Source: a virus
Lineage: Duplodnaviria; Caudoviricetes
DNA length: 53,403 nucleotides
Direction: 5' to 3' (one strand)
IMG/VR virus record: IMGVR_UViG_3300025432_000001
Span: 1 to 53,403 of that record
A program made the position numbers and the translations under genes. The notes under the pieces are model-generated. The model was not told where the DNA came from. It saw nothing but the letters and a program-made list of their open reading frames with translations, and made no database searches. Of this stretch, positions 24,355 through 32,940 are shown piece after piece (position 1 is the stretch's first letter; each line of letters begins with the position of its first letter).

Positions 24355-24905
24355 CCGCGCGGCCGCTCACCGACGCCGAGATTGCGGCAGCGAAGTTTGT
24401 TCGGCGCATGAAGGCGCTCACAATTTGGCAGCCATGGGCATCACTGATCATTGTCGGCGCCAAGCCCTACGAGTTCCGCGGCTGGGATTTTCGCATCCGC
24501 GAGCCCGAACTGGTCGGTGTGCGCGTTGTCATCCACGCCGGCGCGCGGCCGGTGAAACTGATCGAGGTCGAGGATCTGTTGCGACGGCTCGGCGGCGACG
24601 ACAATATGACCGGCCTCGTGGTCGACAAGGCACGGCAGCTGCTCGAGCGAGTACGCGACGCCTATAAATGCCGCCTGCTTCCGCTTTCCGCCGGCCTCGG
24701 CACCGCGATCATCGGCCGGCCGCGCAATGCCGGCATCATTTTCGGTGCCAATGTCGCTGACAGCGATCGCGGCGCCTTCAATTTTGCCTGGCCGCTTTCC
24801 GACGTGCGCGCGTTCGACACGCCGATTCCGGCGCGCGGCGCGCAGGGCTTCTGGACCTGGCCCTATTCGATACCCGGGGAGGCTGCCCGTGGCGATGCGG
24901 CATAG
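24351..24905 (+). CDS. ASCH domain protein
   Basis: MKALTIWQPWASLIIVGAKPYEFRGW, IHAG and PIPARGAQGFW motifs. Confidence 0.9.
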   Translation: MTARPLTDAEIAAAKFVRRMKALTIWQPWASLIIVGAKPYEFRGWDFRIREPELVGVRVVIHAGARPVKLIEVEDLLRRLGGDDNMTGLVVDKARQLLERVRDAYKCRLLPLSAGLGTAIIGRPRNAGIIFGANVADSDRGAFNFAWPLSDVRAFDTPIPARGAQGFWTWPYSIPGEAARGDAA

Positions 24906-25179
24906 GCGCGAGGCCGGCGACGTGCCGCCGATCATGGCCGCCTACCATATGGGCTGCGCCTCGCTGGCGGAGTTCGAGCAGAAGCTCCCTGCCCTGCTCG
25001 GCCGCGGCTTCCCGGCGCCCGACGAGACCACCGGCAATTTCGATCTCGACGCGATCAAGGCCTGGCGCCGCTCGCGTCATCCACAGCTTTTCCCTTCCGA
25101 TCGCTTGCTCGTCGGCCCGACTGCGCGCGACGCTAGAGACGTCGTGCCCGGCCGGCTGGCGAGGATTCGCGGTGGGTGA
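24895..25179 (+). CDS. xis: Putative excisionase / recombination directionality factor
   Basis: LLGRGFPAPDETTGNFDLDAIKAW winged-helix motif directly upstream of the integrase. Confidence 0.75.
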   Translation: MRHRREAGDVPPIMAAYHMGCASLAEFEQKLPALLGRGFPAPDETTGNFDLDAIKAWRRSRHPQLFPSDRLLVGPTARDARDVVPGRLARIRGG

Positions 25180-26401
25180 CGTGAAAATCCGGTACTACGT
25201 CACGCGGCAGCGGCCGGGAGCCCGCAAGTGGGGTTATTGGGCGCCTTGCCTCGCCCGCGGCGGCAAGCCGACGCTGATGGCCAAGCTCGGCTTCAAGATG
25301 GTCGACTGCGGCGAAGACGGCCCATACGCCTGGGCGATCGCTCATCAATGGAACGAGCGATGGGATATTGCCCGGGCGAAGCTCGCAAAGGGCGAGACGC
25401 CGGAAGTACCGGCAAAAATGGAGAGGATATTCCCGGCGGGCAGCCTCGGCGAGGCGTTCGCCCGCTTCCGCGGCACAAAGACCTGGCTGGAGAAAAAGCC
25501 TCGCACCCGCGAGGACTGGCTGCGCGGCTTCAAGCACATCGACCCGATCTTCGGCGACGTCGATCCGAAAACCGTCTCGCTCGAGGATCTCGACTCTTGG
25601 TATGCGGCGCTGCTCGCCGCCGTCGGCATTCGCGAGGCACACCGCGCTATGAAGATCTGGCGCGCGCTATGGCGCATCGCCGGCACGCTGAAGACAGGGC
25701 GCGGCGGAAAGTATTGCGAGCGCGACCAAGATCCATCGCTCGGCATCCGTCGCAAGACGCCGAAGCCACGCAATGCCATCTGGTTCGAGGGTGAGGCCGT
25801 GCGCCTGGTCAAGCGCGCCTGGCGCATGCGCTTTCGCGGCCTCGCCGCCGCGCTCGCGGTCGCCTGGGACTCGATGCTGTCGCCGGTCGACGTGCGCACG
25901 CTGACGCCGGCGCAATTGCGGCGCGACGCGCGTGGGCCGCTGTTTACGCTCGATCGCACTAAGACCGGTGCCCCGGCGATCGCCACGCTCTCCAAGCGCA
26001 CGGCGCGGCTGCTGGAGGGCTATCTCGCCACGCTGCCGACACTGCATCCGGATGCGCCGATTTTCCGCACCCGCGGCCACGCCGCGGGCCCAGGGCGGCC
26101 GCGGCCGCCGGTCCCTTACACCGCTGACACGCTCGGCGACGATTTCCGTGCCGTGCGCGAAGCGGAGTTTCCGGGCGACACGCGCCAGCTGATGGATTTC
26201 CGCCGCTCCGGTTCCGTCGAGGCCGAGGCCGGCGAGGCCGACGAGCGCGGGCTCGCCAAGAAAATGGGCAACACCATCGATAGGAACCGCGCGCTGCGGA
26301 ACACCTATTTGCCGCCGAACGCGACGGTGGTGCGGCTCACCGACGAAGCCCGCGTGCGCGGCCGGCGCCGCTTGCGCGAGAGCGGGAATGATCGAAAATG
26401 A
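25172..26401 (+). CDS. int: Phage integrase (divergent tyrosine recombinase)
   Basis: 409 aa; arm-binding N-terminus, core domain (TREDW), and RTKTG, DFRRSG, KMGNT and TYLP motifs; next to attP. Confidence 0.85.
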   Translation: MGDVKIRYYVTRQRPGARKWGYWAPCLARGGKPTLMAKLGFKMVDCGEDGPYAWAIAHQWNERWDIARAKLAKGETPEVPAKMERIFPAGSLGEAFARFRGTKTWLEKKPRTREDWLRGFKHIDPIFGDVDPKTVSLEDLDSWYAALLAAVGIREAHRAMKIWRALWRIAGTLKTGRGGKYCERDQDPSLGIRRKTPKPRNAIWFEGEAVRLVKRAWRMRFRGLAAALAVAWDSMLSPVDVRTLTPAQLRRDARGPLFTLDRTKTGAPAIATLSKRTARLLEGYLATLPTLHPDAPIFRTRGHAAGPGRPRPPVPYTADTLGDDFRAVREAEFPGDTRQLMDFRRSGSVEAEAGEADERGLAKKMGNTIDRNRALRNTYLPPNATVVRLTDEARVRGRRRLRESGNDRK

Positions 26402-26970
26402 CTGAGCGCATCCCCTATTACCGCGTCCTCGGCAAAAAGGACCATGCCTATTGGTGTCCGAACAAGCGCATGCGTTCGCTCGGCTTCGAAATGCAGGCCC
26501 TCGGCATTGCCGGGCCTGCGGCACAGGCGGCTGCGCGCGAACTCAATGCGAGATGGCAGACCGCGCGCAAAGAAAGTCCTGCGCGCCTCGGCGTGCGCGC
26601 CCCATCCTTGCAGGCGCCCGAGGCCGATGTTCACTATGTATATTTTCTCATTGCTGGTGATCGCATCAAGATTGGCGTGTCGCGGACGCCTATGTCCCGG
26701 GTTGCTGACGTTGCCCTTGGAGCGGCTGATCGCGTCCGCGAGGTGCTCGTCGTACCCGGAACGCGCGCCGACGAGAAAAAATTGCACCGGCGGTTTGCCA
26801 GCTATAGGACGCGGGGCGAATGGTTCGTCGCGAACCGGGCCCTCCAGCTCACGATCATGCGTTGTGCGGCCGCCGGCGCGGTGGTGCACGACGGGCCCGA
26901 ATCCGGAACGAATAATGGGCTTGGAGTCGAATCACGGGAGGGGGTACCGCTTGAATCACATGCCGTCTAA
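26398..26970 (+). CDS. GIY-YIG-like (T5orf172/MUG113) protein with integrase-like N-terminal domain
   Basis: YVYFL...IKIGVS..P..R...EKKLHRRFASYRTRGEWF motif. Confidence 0.82.
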   Translation: MTERIPYYRVLGKKDHAYWCPNKRMRSLGFEMQALGIAGPAAQAAARELNARWQTARKESPARLGVRAPSLQAPEADVHYVYFLIAGDRIKIGVSRTPMSRVADVALGAADRVREVLVVPGTRADEKKLHRRFASYRTRGEWFVANRALQLTIMRCAAAGAVVHDGPESGTNNGLGVESREGVPLESHAV

Positions 26971-27111
26971 GTTATTGAGATTGCTGGCGGGAGCGACGGG
27001 ACTCGAACCCGCGACCTTCGGCGTGACAGGCCGTAGGTTTAGCAACGATTTCAACGCGCGATTCGACTCCGGTGCGGGCAAAAGCCGCTGCAGAACCCAG
27101 GATTCGACTCC
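26923..27111. repeat. Candidate integrase arm-type sites GATTCGACTCC: 26923-26933 (inverted), 27060-27070 and 27101-27111
   Basis: Three exact 11-mers flanking the att core. Confidence 0.75.
26985..27033 (-). other. attP core: 3' 49 nt of tRNA-Asp(GTC)
   Basis: Minus strand reads CGGCCTGTCACGCCGAAGGTCGCGGGTTCGAGTCCCGTCGCTCCCGCCA (anticodon arm, T-arm, CCA). The 5' half is absent. Lies downstream of int. Confidence 0.92.
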
Positions 27112-27132
27112 TGAGATCCCGAGAGTTGAAAC

Positions 27133-27513
27133 GTGAACCGCAGCCGAATTCACCTGCTGCGCGTGCTCGCGATGCGCATGGTCGATACCGGCGTGCCCGA
27201 AAAGCTGATCGAGGTTATTCGCAAAGCCGCCGAGGAGCTCGAGGCGCGACAAGCGGACGGACGCACTGCCAGCCTGGAGGAGGAAAAGCGCATCGAACGG
27301 CAGCGGACGCTGTTCACGATGCTGCCGGTGTCGGATGCCGTCGATCGCCTCAGACAGGCGATGAAGCAGCGCGCCTACGATCTCATGTGGGACGGGGATG
27401 GGTTAGCAACCGATGCTATCCTCGAATTTCTGCCGGCGCGCGACGCCGACCAAGTGCTAAACGCCTGGGAAAATGACCAGGACGACGACAATCCGAAGTC
27501 GGCGTTTCACTGA
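27133..27513 (+). CDS. Hypothetical protein
   Basis: 126-aa helical ORF; start uncertain. Confidence 0.65.
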   Translation: MNRSRIHLLRVLAMRMVDTGVPEKLIEVIRKAAEELEARQADGRTASLEEEKRIERQRTLFTMLPVSDAVDRLRQAMKQRAYDLMWDGDGLATDAILEFLPARDADQVLNAWENDQDDDNPKSAFH

Positions 27514-27573
27514 GCCGGCGGCCGTCAGGAATCCATTAACCGCGCCCTGCGATTCTCCCCGACGGAGATCGCC

Positions 27574-27924
27574 ATGACCAAAAAACCCGACACCGAGGCG
27601 CTTTGCGAGGAGCTATTGAAGCTCCACAAGAGGCACGAGGCCGATTTCGCCCGCATCAAGGAGATCAAGTCGATCCTGATCGCCGCCGCGGCCGAAGCCG
27701 GCGAGAACGCCAAGATCGTCATCCCGAAGCTCGGCATCGTCAAGGTTTCGGCACCGAAGGACAAGCACTGCACCGGCACCGCGCCGGAGATCGTGGTCGA
27801 GGTGTTCCTCGCCATACCCGAGCGCGAGCGCAAGGATCTGCTCAAGCGCGGCATCGTCGTCAACGCCGAGCAGTGGACCGGCAAGTATTACGGCGCGGTC
27901 ACCGCAGAGCTTTTCTCGGCCTGA
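27574..27924 (+). CDS. Hypothetical protein
   Basis: GGAG RBS, strong GC3 bias, followed by a terminator. Confidence 0.8.
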   Translation: MTKKPDTEALCEELLKLHKRHEADFARIKEIKSILIAAAAEAGENAKIVIPKLGIVKVSAPKDKHCTGTAPEIVVEVFLAIPERERKDLLKRGIVVNAEQWTGKYYGAVTAELFSA

Positions 27925-27929
27925 AACGC

Positions 27930-27965
27930 AAAAAGAACCCTCCGGCCGGAGCCGGAGGGTTCTCT
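27930..27965. terminator. Terminator between convergent early and late operons
   Basis: 13-bp perfect stem AGAACCCTCCGGC-CGGA-GCCGGAGGGTTCT with an A-tract on the left. Confidence 0.88.
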
Positions 27966-28043
27966 CGCTCAGACAGCCGCCGGTGGGCCCGGCGGATCTC
28001 GGACGGCGGCCAGCGGCCGCCGAATTCAATTAAGGAATGCAGT

Positions 28044-28373
28044 CTAGCCGGTCGTCTTGACCGGACGGCTCCGGAGCGGGTGGATATATCCCTCGCCGTG
28101 CCGCAGCTCGTCGTACCATTGCCGCAGCTGCTCGATCGCCACCTTTTGCAACGCCACCTCGGTCATCAGCGCTTTGAGCGCCGTGACCTCGTTCTTCAGT
28201 TCGACGATCGATAATTGTGCCTGCTTAAAAAGCTCCTTCTGCAAAAGGATCGCCGATTCGACCCGTTGTGTGCCGCGGCCGAGGCGAAAGGAGACGAGTA
28301 TGCCGCCACCAAGGATGGCGAGCGTCTGGACGAAGCCGACGGCAATGCCGACGTAGACCAGCGTCTCGGGCAC
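28044..28373 (-). CDS. Membrane-anchored coiled-coil protein (holin/haemolysin-like position)
   Basis: N-terminal TM helix then a coiled coil; last late gene. Confidence 0.65.
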   Translation of the reverse strand: MPETLVYVGIAVGFVQTLAILGGGILVSFRLGRGTQRVESAILLQKELFKQAQLSIVELKNEVTALKALMTEVALQKVAIEQLRQWYDELRHGEGYIHPLRSRPVKTTG

Positions 28374-28386
28374 GGCTTGTCGCTCC

Positions 28387-29193
28387 TTATTTTATGCTGT
28401 CGAGATCGGCGGCGAGCTGCGCGGCGCCGAAGCCGTTGGGCGCCTTGCCGCTCGCTTTGTCGATCGCGTCCGGACTGAGCACGGCGTAGAGCTCGCCCTG
28501 GCCGGCGGTCGAGGCATATTTGGCCATTGCCTGATAAGTGATCTTGCCGAGCATGCCCCAGGTGTCGATCGTCACGCCGGCGGCATCGTAGGCGACGCCA
28601 GCGAAGCAGTGGCCGCTGTCCGGATCGGGATCTCCGGCGACGTCCCAGGTAAAGCCGGACGCGCCTGGCATCGGATTGATCCAGGCGTCCGGAAGCTCGA
28701 CGCCGAAGTAAAGGTTTTCGAACAGCCAGAGCGCGGCCTTGACCTCGTCCTCATTGCTGCCGTCGACGGCGACCCAGCCGGAGATCTGATGCGAGCCGGG
28801 CAATAGCCCCGTCGCCTGCCAGTAATTCAGAACATCCTGCTCGTTGCCGCCCTGGTCGGTCGAGGGCTCGCCCGGCACGTAGCCAGTGGTCGCGGAATAG
28901 AACTTGACGACATCGGCCTCGGTGAAGGGGATCGGCTGGCCGGCATTGGCCAAGAGCGTGCCGCCGATATGGAAGGCGCCGGCGGACGTGCAATCGCTCA
29001 GCGAGCCGTTGCCGAGGATCTCCGCCAGGAACGCCGCAGGCTTCGCCGAATAGTCGATCGACGTCGGCGCCGCCGGGAAACCCTTGAGCAGATAATTGCG
29101 CAGCGATAGCCGCGGACCGCGCGCGATCGGCCGTCGGCGGCCGAGTTTGAACGGCCGGCCGGTGACCGGATGAACGATGGTTTTGACGGGCAT
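28387..29193 (-). CDS. Papain-like (C1-type) cysteine peptidase
   Basis: GNGSLSDCTSAG (Cys), SGHCFAGVAYD (His) and DTWG motifs. Confidence 0.7.
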   Translation of the reverse strand: MPVKTIVHPVTGRPFKLGRRRPIARGPRLSLRNYLLKGFPAAPTSIDYSAKPAAFLAEILGNGSLSDCTSAGAFHIGGTLLANAGQPIPFTEADVVKFYSATTGYVPGEPSTDQGGNEQDVLNYWQATGLLPGSHQISGWVAVDGSNEDEVKAALWLFENLYFGVELPDAWINPMPGASGFTWDVAGDPDPDSGHCFAGVAYDAAGVTIDTWGMLGKITYQAMAKYASTAGQGELYAVLSPDAIDKASGKAPNGFGAAQLAADLDSIK

Positions 29194-29200
29194 CACGGAC

Positions 29201-29386
29201 CTACTTCGGCAATGGCACGGCCTTGCAGCCGCCGTCCTGCCGGCAATCGTGAAAAGCGTTCAGACCGAGCGTCCCCGCGGTAACACCAGCAGCACCCACG
29301 GTGAGTCCGACGACGACCCACGGCGGCAATGCGGCGCAGCCGCCAAGAGCGAGCAGCACTGCGGCAAGGGCAAAATATCTGCGCAT
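29201..29386 (-). CDS. Small lipoprotein
   Basis: Lipobox LALGGC after a basic/hydrophobic leader. Confidence 0.7.
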   Translation of the reverse strand: MRRYFALAAVLLALGGCAALPPWVVVGLTVGAAGVTAGTLGLNAFHDCRQDGGCKAVPLPK

Positions 29387-29398
29387 GCGGCCGATCTC

Positions 29399-29983
29399 CT
29401 ATTTGATGAAGTCGAGGAAGTTCTGGATGCCGTGCGCGGTTTCGCTATTCGGTCCGGGGAAATGCATCAGGATTGGGCGCCAGTCCCACGACGGCACCAT
29501 GGGCACAATATCGCCGCCGCAGCGCCAGCCGACGATCGGCACGCCGGCGAGCGCGTCCGGGGCGTCGAGAAAGACGCGCGCCGGCGCGAACAGAAAGATC
29601 GCTTCCGGCGCATTGCCCTCATCGGCAAGGAGCGCGCTCATGTCGAGCGCGACGGAACCGCCGAGACTATGGCCGATCGCGCACCACTTTTTGCCCTTCA
29701 CCGCCTGGCGCACGCCGTCGATGACGGAAAGTGTGGCGTCGCGGAAGCCGCGGTGCACCGGCGGCAGCGTCGGATGCGCGACCTGTTCCTTCGCGGCCGC
29801 TGGCCAGCCGTCGAAGTCGAGCACCCAGCCAAACTCCGAATGCGTACCTTCGGTCGAGACCGCAAGCGTGTCGCCGATCTGACTGAGGAACACGTTGACC
29901 GCGCCGCCGTAGCCGGAAAAGTCCGGCTTGCCGCCGCCATAGGTCGCCGCTGCGGCGAGCACTGCGTCGCGAGGAGAGATCAT
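29399..29983 (-). CDS. Lipase class 3-like alpha/beta hydrolase
   Basis: VHRGF, GHSLGG nucleophile elbow, DIVPMVP and a C-terminal His. Confidence 0.88.
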   Translation of the reverse strand: MISPRDAVLAAAATYGGGKPDFSGYGGAVNVFLSQIGDTLAVSTEGTHSEFGWVLDFDGWPAAAKEQVAHPTLPPVHRGFRDATLSVIDGVRQAVKGKKWCAIGHSLGGSVALDMSALLADEGNAPEAIFLFAPARVFLDAPDALAGVPIVGWRCGGDIVPMVPSWDWRPILMHFPGPNSETAHGIQNFLDFIK

Positions 29984-30183
29984 GACACAAATTTTTTCTC
30001 TGCCGCAGCGCGTATCTTCTGGTGCAGCTCGACGATCTTGTCGAGGAACACCATGAATTTCTCGACGCTTTTATCGATCGACTCGCCGGATGAGACCTGC
30101 AACCACTCTTGGTCCGCCGCGCCCTTGATCTGCTGCACCAGCGTCTCGTCGAGCGCCGCGAGCACACGCTCGCCGACGGTCAT
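29980..30183 (-). CDS. Hypothetical protein
   Basis: 67 aa, coupled to its neighbours. Confidence 0.6.
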   Translation of the reverse strand: MTVGERVLAALDETLVQQIKGAADQEWLQVSSGESIDKSVEKFMVFLDKIVELHQKIRAAAEKKFVS

Positions 30184-30185
30184 TT

Positions 30186-30986
30186 TTACAACGGGTTGAT
30201 TGGTACGAGCGCGGTGGCGCCAGTGAGAAGCGCCTGCACGGCGGCCCACAATGCCGCAGTCCCCGTTGGTCCACCAGCAATCGCGGCAGCAATGCCTGCT
30301 CCGGCGATGCCGACCTGCGCCTTGGCCTTGTTGTACATCGGCGCGCAGGCGATATTGAGCTGGTCAAAGGCGCCATTTGGGGCAAACCAATTGGCCAGCA
30401 CTTGTTCATCATCGAATGCGGTTTCGATGAATGTCGCGACTCCTGCCTGATTTGGAAGCAGCGATGGCGTAGATCCTTGCGCGAGACCAAGAAGATAGGT
30501 CCAGCATGGCTTCGTTGTTAGATTGTTATTTGTCGTCGCCTGATTGAGCGCGTTCTGTAGATCGGATGTTCCGAAATTCCGTAGCCAAGTGATGGGATCG
30601 ACGGTCTTTTGCGGAGCCGCCGCGGGAGCGGTCGCGTCCTTTTTCACCGCTGACTTGAGCTTCGTGAACTGGACGGTGTTTGCCGCCTGCGCCGGCATCG
30701 GAGCGAGCAAAGAAGCGCCGAGGATGCACAATGCCAGAAGCGCGGCAACCTTTGCCGTCGCTTTGCCTTCAGGCAGCGCGATGGCGACGATGCCGCCGAC
30801 GCCCATGCCGATCGACTGCAGGTTCGAAGCCCAATCCTGGGCGTCTCCGACATGGAACACAGCGCCGAGCACGAGCGCCAAGCCGGCGTAGGTGGACGGC
30901 TCGCGCAGGCGCGCGCCGAGCCAGGATATTTCCTGCACGACTTTCTGACTGTCGATTTGCGGCGCAGTTTTCGGATCGTCGGCCAT
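30186..30986 (-). CDS. Holin-like membrane protein with C-terminal extension
   Basis: ARLREPSTYAGLALV holin-type motif, 2-3 TM helices, then an AQA signal-like site and a soluble domain. Confidence 0.6.
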   Translation of the reverse strand: MADDPKTAPQIDSQKVVQEISWLGARLREPSTYAGLALVLGAVFHVGDAQDWASNLQSIGMGVGGIVAIALPEGKATAKVAALLALCILGASLLAPMPAQAANTVQFTKLKSAVKKDATAPAAAPQKTVDPITWLRNFGTSDLQNALNQATTNNNLTTKPCWTYLLGLAQGSTPSLLPNQAGVATFIETAFDDEQVLANWFAPNGAFDQLNIACAPMYNKAKAQVGIAGAGIAAAIAGGPTGTAALWAAVQALLTGATALVPINPL

Positions 30987-31019
30987 CGATGGCCTCCTAT
31001 GTTGCAACTACTTCGAGAT

Positions 31020-31289
31020 TTAATCGGTCGCGTGATGGGCACGCAGCATGTCGCGGCATGCCGGCGATATCCGGGTCTTGTTCGTGATCAGGCAGTGCGC
31101 GACCGGGCGCGGATTGCCGAGAAACGCCACAAACAGATCACCGGCCGAACAGAGCTTGCGGGCGTCGGCTTCGCAGGCGGCGCGTTCGGCCGTCATGTCT
31201 TGAGCATGCGACGCGATTGCAAAGAACCATTCCAGGGTGATGCCAAGGATGACGGCGGCGAGCAGCGCCTTTCTGATTTTGTTTTTCAC
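31020..31289 (-). CDS. Small exported Cys-rich protein
   Basis: Signal peptide, then ACEADARKLC...CL...ISPAC pattern. Confidence 0.7.
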   Translation of the reverse strand: MKNKIRKALLAAVILGITLEWFFAIASHAQDMTAERAACEADARKLCSAGDLFVAFLGNPRPVAHCLITNKTRISPACRDMLRAHHATD

Positions 31290-31298
31290 CGGTCACCG

Positions 31299-32129
31299 CT
31301 ACGATTGCTTCAGATTGGCGTTGATCGCCGCCCAGGTCGCGGGACCGGCGAGACCATCGATGATGAGGCCGACCGCCTGCTGGAATGCCTCGACCGCGCG
31401 GCGTGTCTCGCGGCCATAGCTGTGGTCGACGGTGAGCTGCGGGTTGGCGCCGAGCGCATTGAAGGCGGCCTGCAGCGCTCCGGCATTGTGCAAGCCGATC
31501 GGCGGCGGCGCCGGGGGCGCCGGCGGCGCTATCGAGGCCACGGCGGCGGGAAATGCGGACGGCAGCGCCAGGTCGGGGCGCAATTGCATGATCCGGTACA
31601 TCATCGGAATCACGCCGAGCTGCTCGTCTTCGGCGTTCGGGTCCCACACGCCATCGGCAGGATATTTGCCGCCGGCGTAGATGTTGGTACCGGCCCAGAG
31701 GTAGCCGGTGTGCTTGCAGTGATTGCGCGGCCCGAAGCCGTTGAACAGCTCTTCCTCGTAACAGGACCGCTCCCAGCTCCAATTTGGCGCGCCGACGGCG
31801 TCGAGATGATCAATCCGATAGGCGCGGATTTGCGCGCCGCTCCAATTCTGGAACGGGCCTTCGCCGCGCGGCACGTGCACCGACACGCGGTCCCAGGGGT
31901 CGCCCTGCGCCGGGCTCAATCGGAAATTCGACGCTGCCTCGCGCTCGAACGAGGCTGCAGCGACGATCTGTGGAACGCCGGTCGCATCGCAGCCGGCCTT
32001 GTAGCGGCCTAGATCAATGAAGCCGATCAGCTTCTTCGCCGTCGCGGTGACCGCTGCTTCGCGCGTGATCACCATGCGCGCAAGCAAAGAGGTGTATTCC
32101 GGCGCGAGAGCCGTTAACGGATGCTGCAT
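31299..32129 (-). CDS. Endolysin (lysozyme-like plus C-terminal peptidoglycan-binding domain)
   Basis: EREAA, QGDP, FNGFG and YLWAGTNIY..GKY.ADG motifs; PG_binding_1 motif AFQQAVGLIIDGLAGPATW. Confidence 0.9.
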   Translation of the reverse strand: MQHPLTALAPEYTSLLARMVITREAAVTATAKKLIGFIDLGRYKAGCDATGVPQIVAAASFEREAASNFRLSPAQGDPWDRVSVHVPRGEGPFQNWSGAQIRAYRIDHLDAVGAPNWSWERSCYEEELFNGFGPRNHCKHTGYLWAGTNIYAGGKYPADGVWDPNAEDEQLGVIPMMYRIMQLRPDLALPSAFPAAVASIAPPAPPAPPPIGLHNAGALQAAFNALGANPQLTVDHSYGRETRRAVEAFQQAVGLIIDGLAGPATWAAINANLKQS

Positions 32130-32164
32130 GGGACGATCTCAGTCTTGCGGATGCGCCGGCAGTT

Positions 32165-32533
32165 TCAGGCGCCCGCTCCCGGCAGGAAGCAGCGGATTTG
32201 CGTCGCACCGTCGACGTCGGTGTAAGGCCACACGACCGCAGGGCCGAACTTGTTGGGCTCGTTGACCACCGCGCTATCGGGCACCACGAACCATGCGCTA
32301 TTCAAGCGCACGCGGTATTCGCCGGCAGGGCCGCCGGTGTCCCAATCAACGTCCTCGACCCGGACGCCGTCGGCATTCGAACAGCACGATCCCTTGCCGC
32401 TCGCCAGACTGCTCCACCATGCCGCCGGCGGCGCCTCGCCCTTGGCTATGAGGTTCGCCCAATAGCCGGTCGGATCGCCGGCGTGCGCCGAGGCGGCGAC
32501 GCATAGGATCAATGCGGCGAGAAAGGCTCGCAT
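32165..32533 (-). CDS. Exported Cys-rich hypothetical protein
   Basis: Signal peptide ASAHA; SCCSNADG...IRCFLPG. Confidence 0.75.
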   Translation of the reverse strand: MRAFLAALILCVAASAHAGDPTGYWANLIAKGEAPPAAWWSSLASGKGSCCSNADGVRVEDVDWDTGGPAGEYRVRLNSAWFVVPDSAVVNEPNKFGPAVVWPYTDVDGATQIRCFLPGAGA

Positions 32534-32558
32534 GGATTGCCCTTGTTTGGAGAACACT

Positions 32559-32939
32559 TCAGCTCGTGAAGAAGCTCTTGCGCACTTCGATCGAGCCGAC
32601 GGCCTGCGTCGAGACGAAGCCGGATGGATCGATGGCGCGGAGCTGGTCTTTGTATTTGCCCGGCATGATCGCGGCCGACTGGCCTCCCGAGAGGATGGGC
32701 GTCGGCGTAATCGTGATCAGACACTTATTTGGCGGCGTGTCGCCGGGATCAGTCACGATGATGCCGCCGCCGGCGAGCGTGAGTTCAAGCACGACGTTGC
32801 CGTCGCAGTCCTGCATCTCCCACTCGATCACGGCGCCGGCGCCGAGATTGAACGGCGAGCCGTCGGCATAGTGCAGGCATGCATAGATCGGATAGGTATC
32901 GCCGGAAGTGAAGGCGAACGGCGGATGCAGCGCGGCCAT
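32559..32939 (-). CDS. BppU-like Ig-fold virion protein
   Basis: FTSGDT...DGSPFNL.GA.I.W...ITITP...PGKY..QLR...G.I.V pattern. Confidence 0.6.
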   Translation of the reverse strand: MAALHPPFAFTSGDTYPIYACLHYADGSPFNLGAGAVIEWEMQDCDGNVVLELTLAGGGIIVTDPGDTPPNKCLITITPTPILSGGQSAAIMPGKYKDQLRAIDPSGFVSTQAVGSIEVRKSFFTS

Positions 32940-32940
32940 T

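Noticed and set aside
26985-27060. Complete tRNA-Asp gene
   Set aside because: Only the anticodon arm to CCA is present; the sequence beyond 27033 forms no D-arm or 5' acceptor strand.
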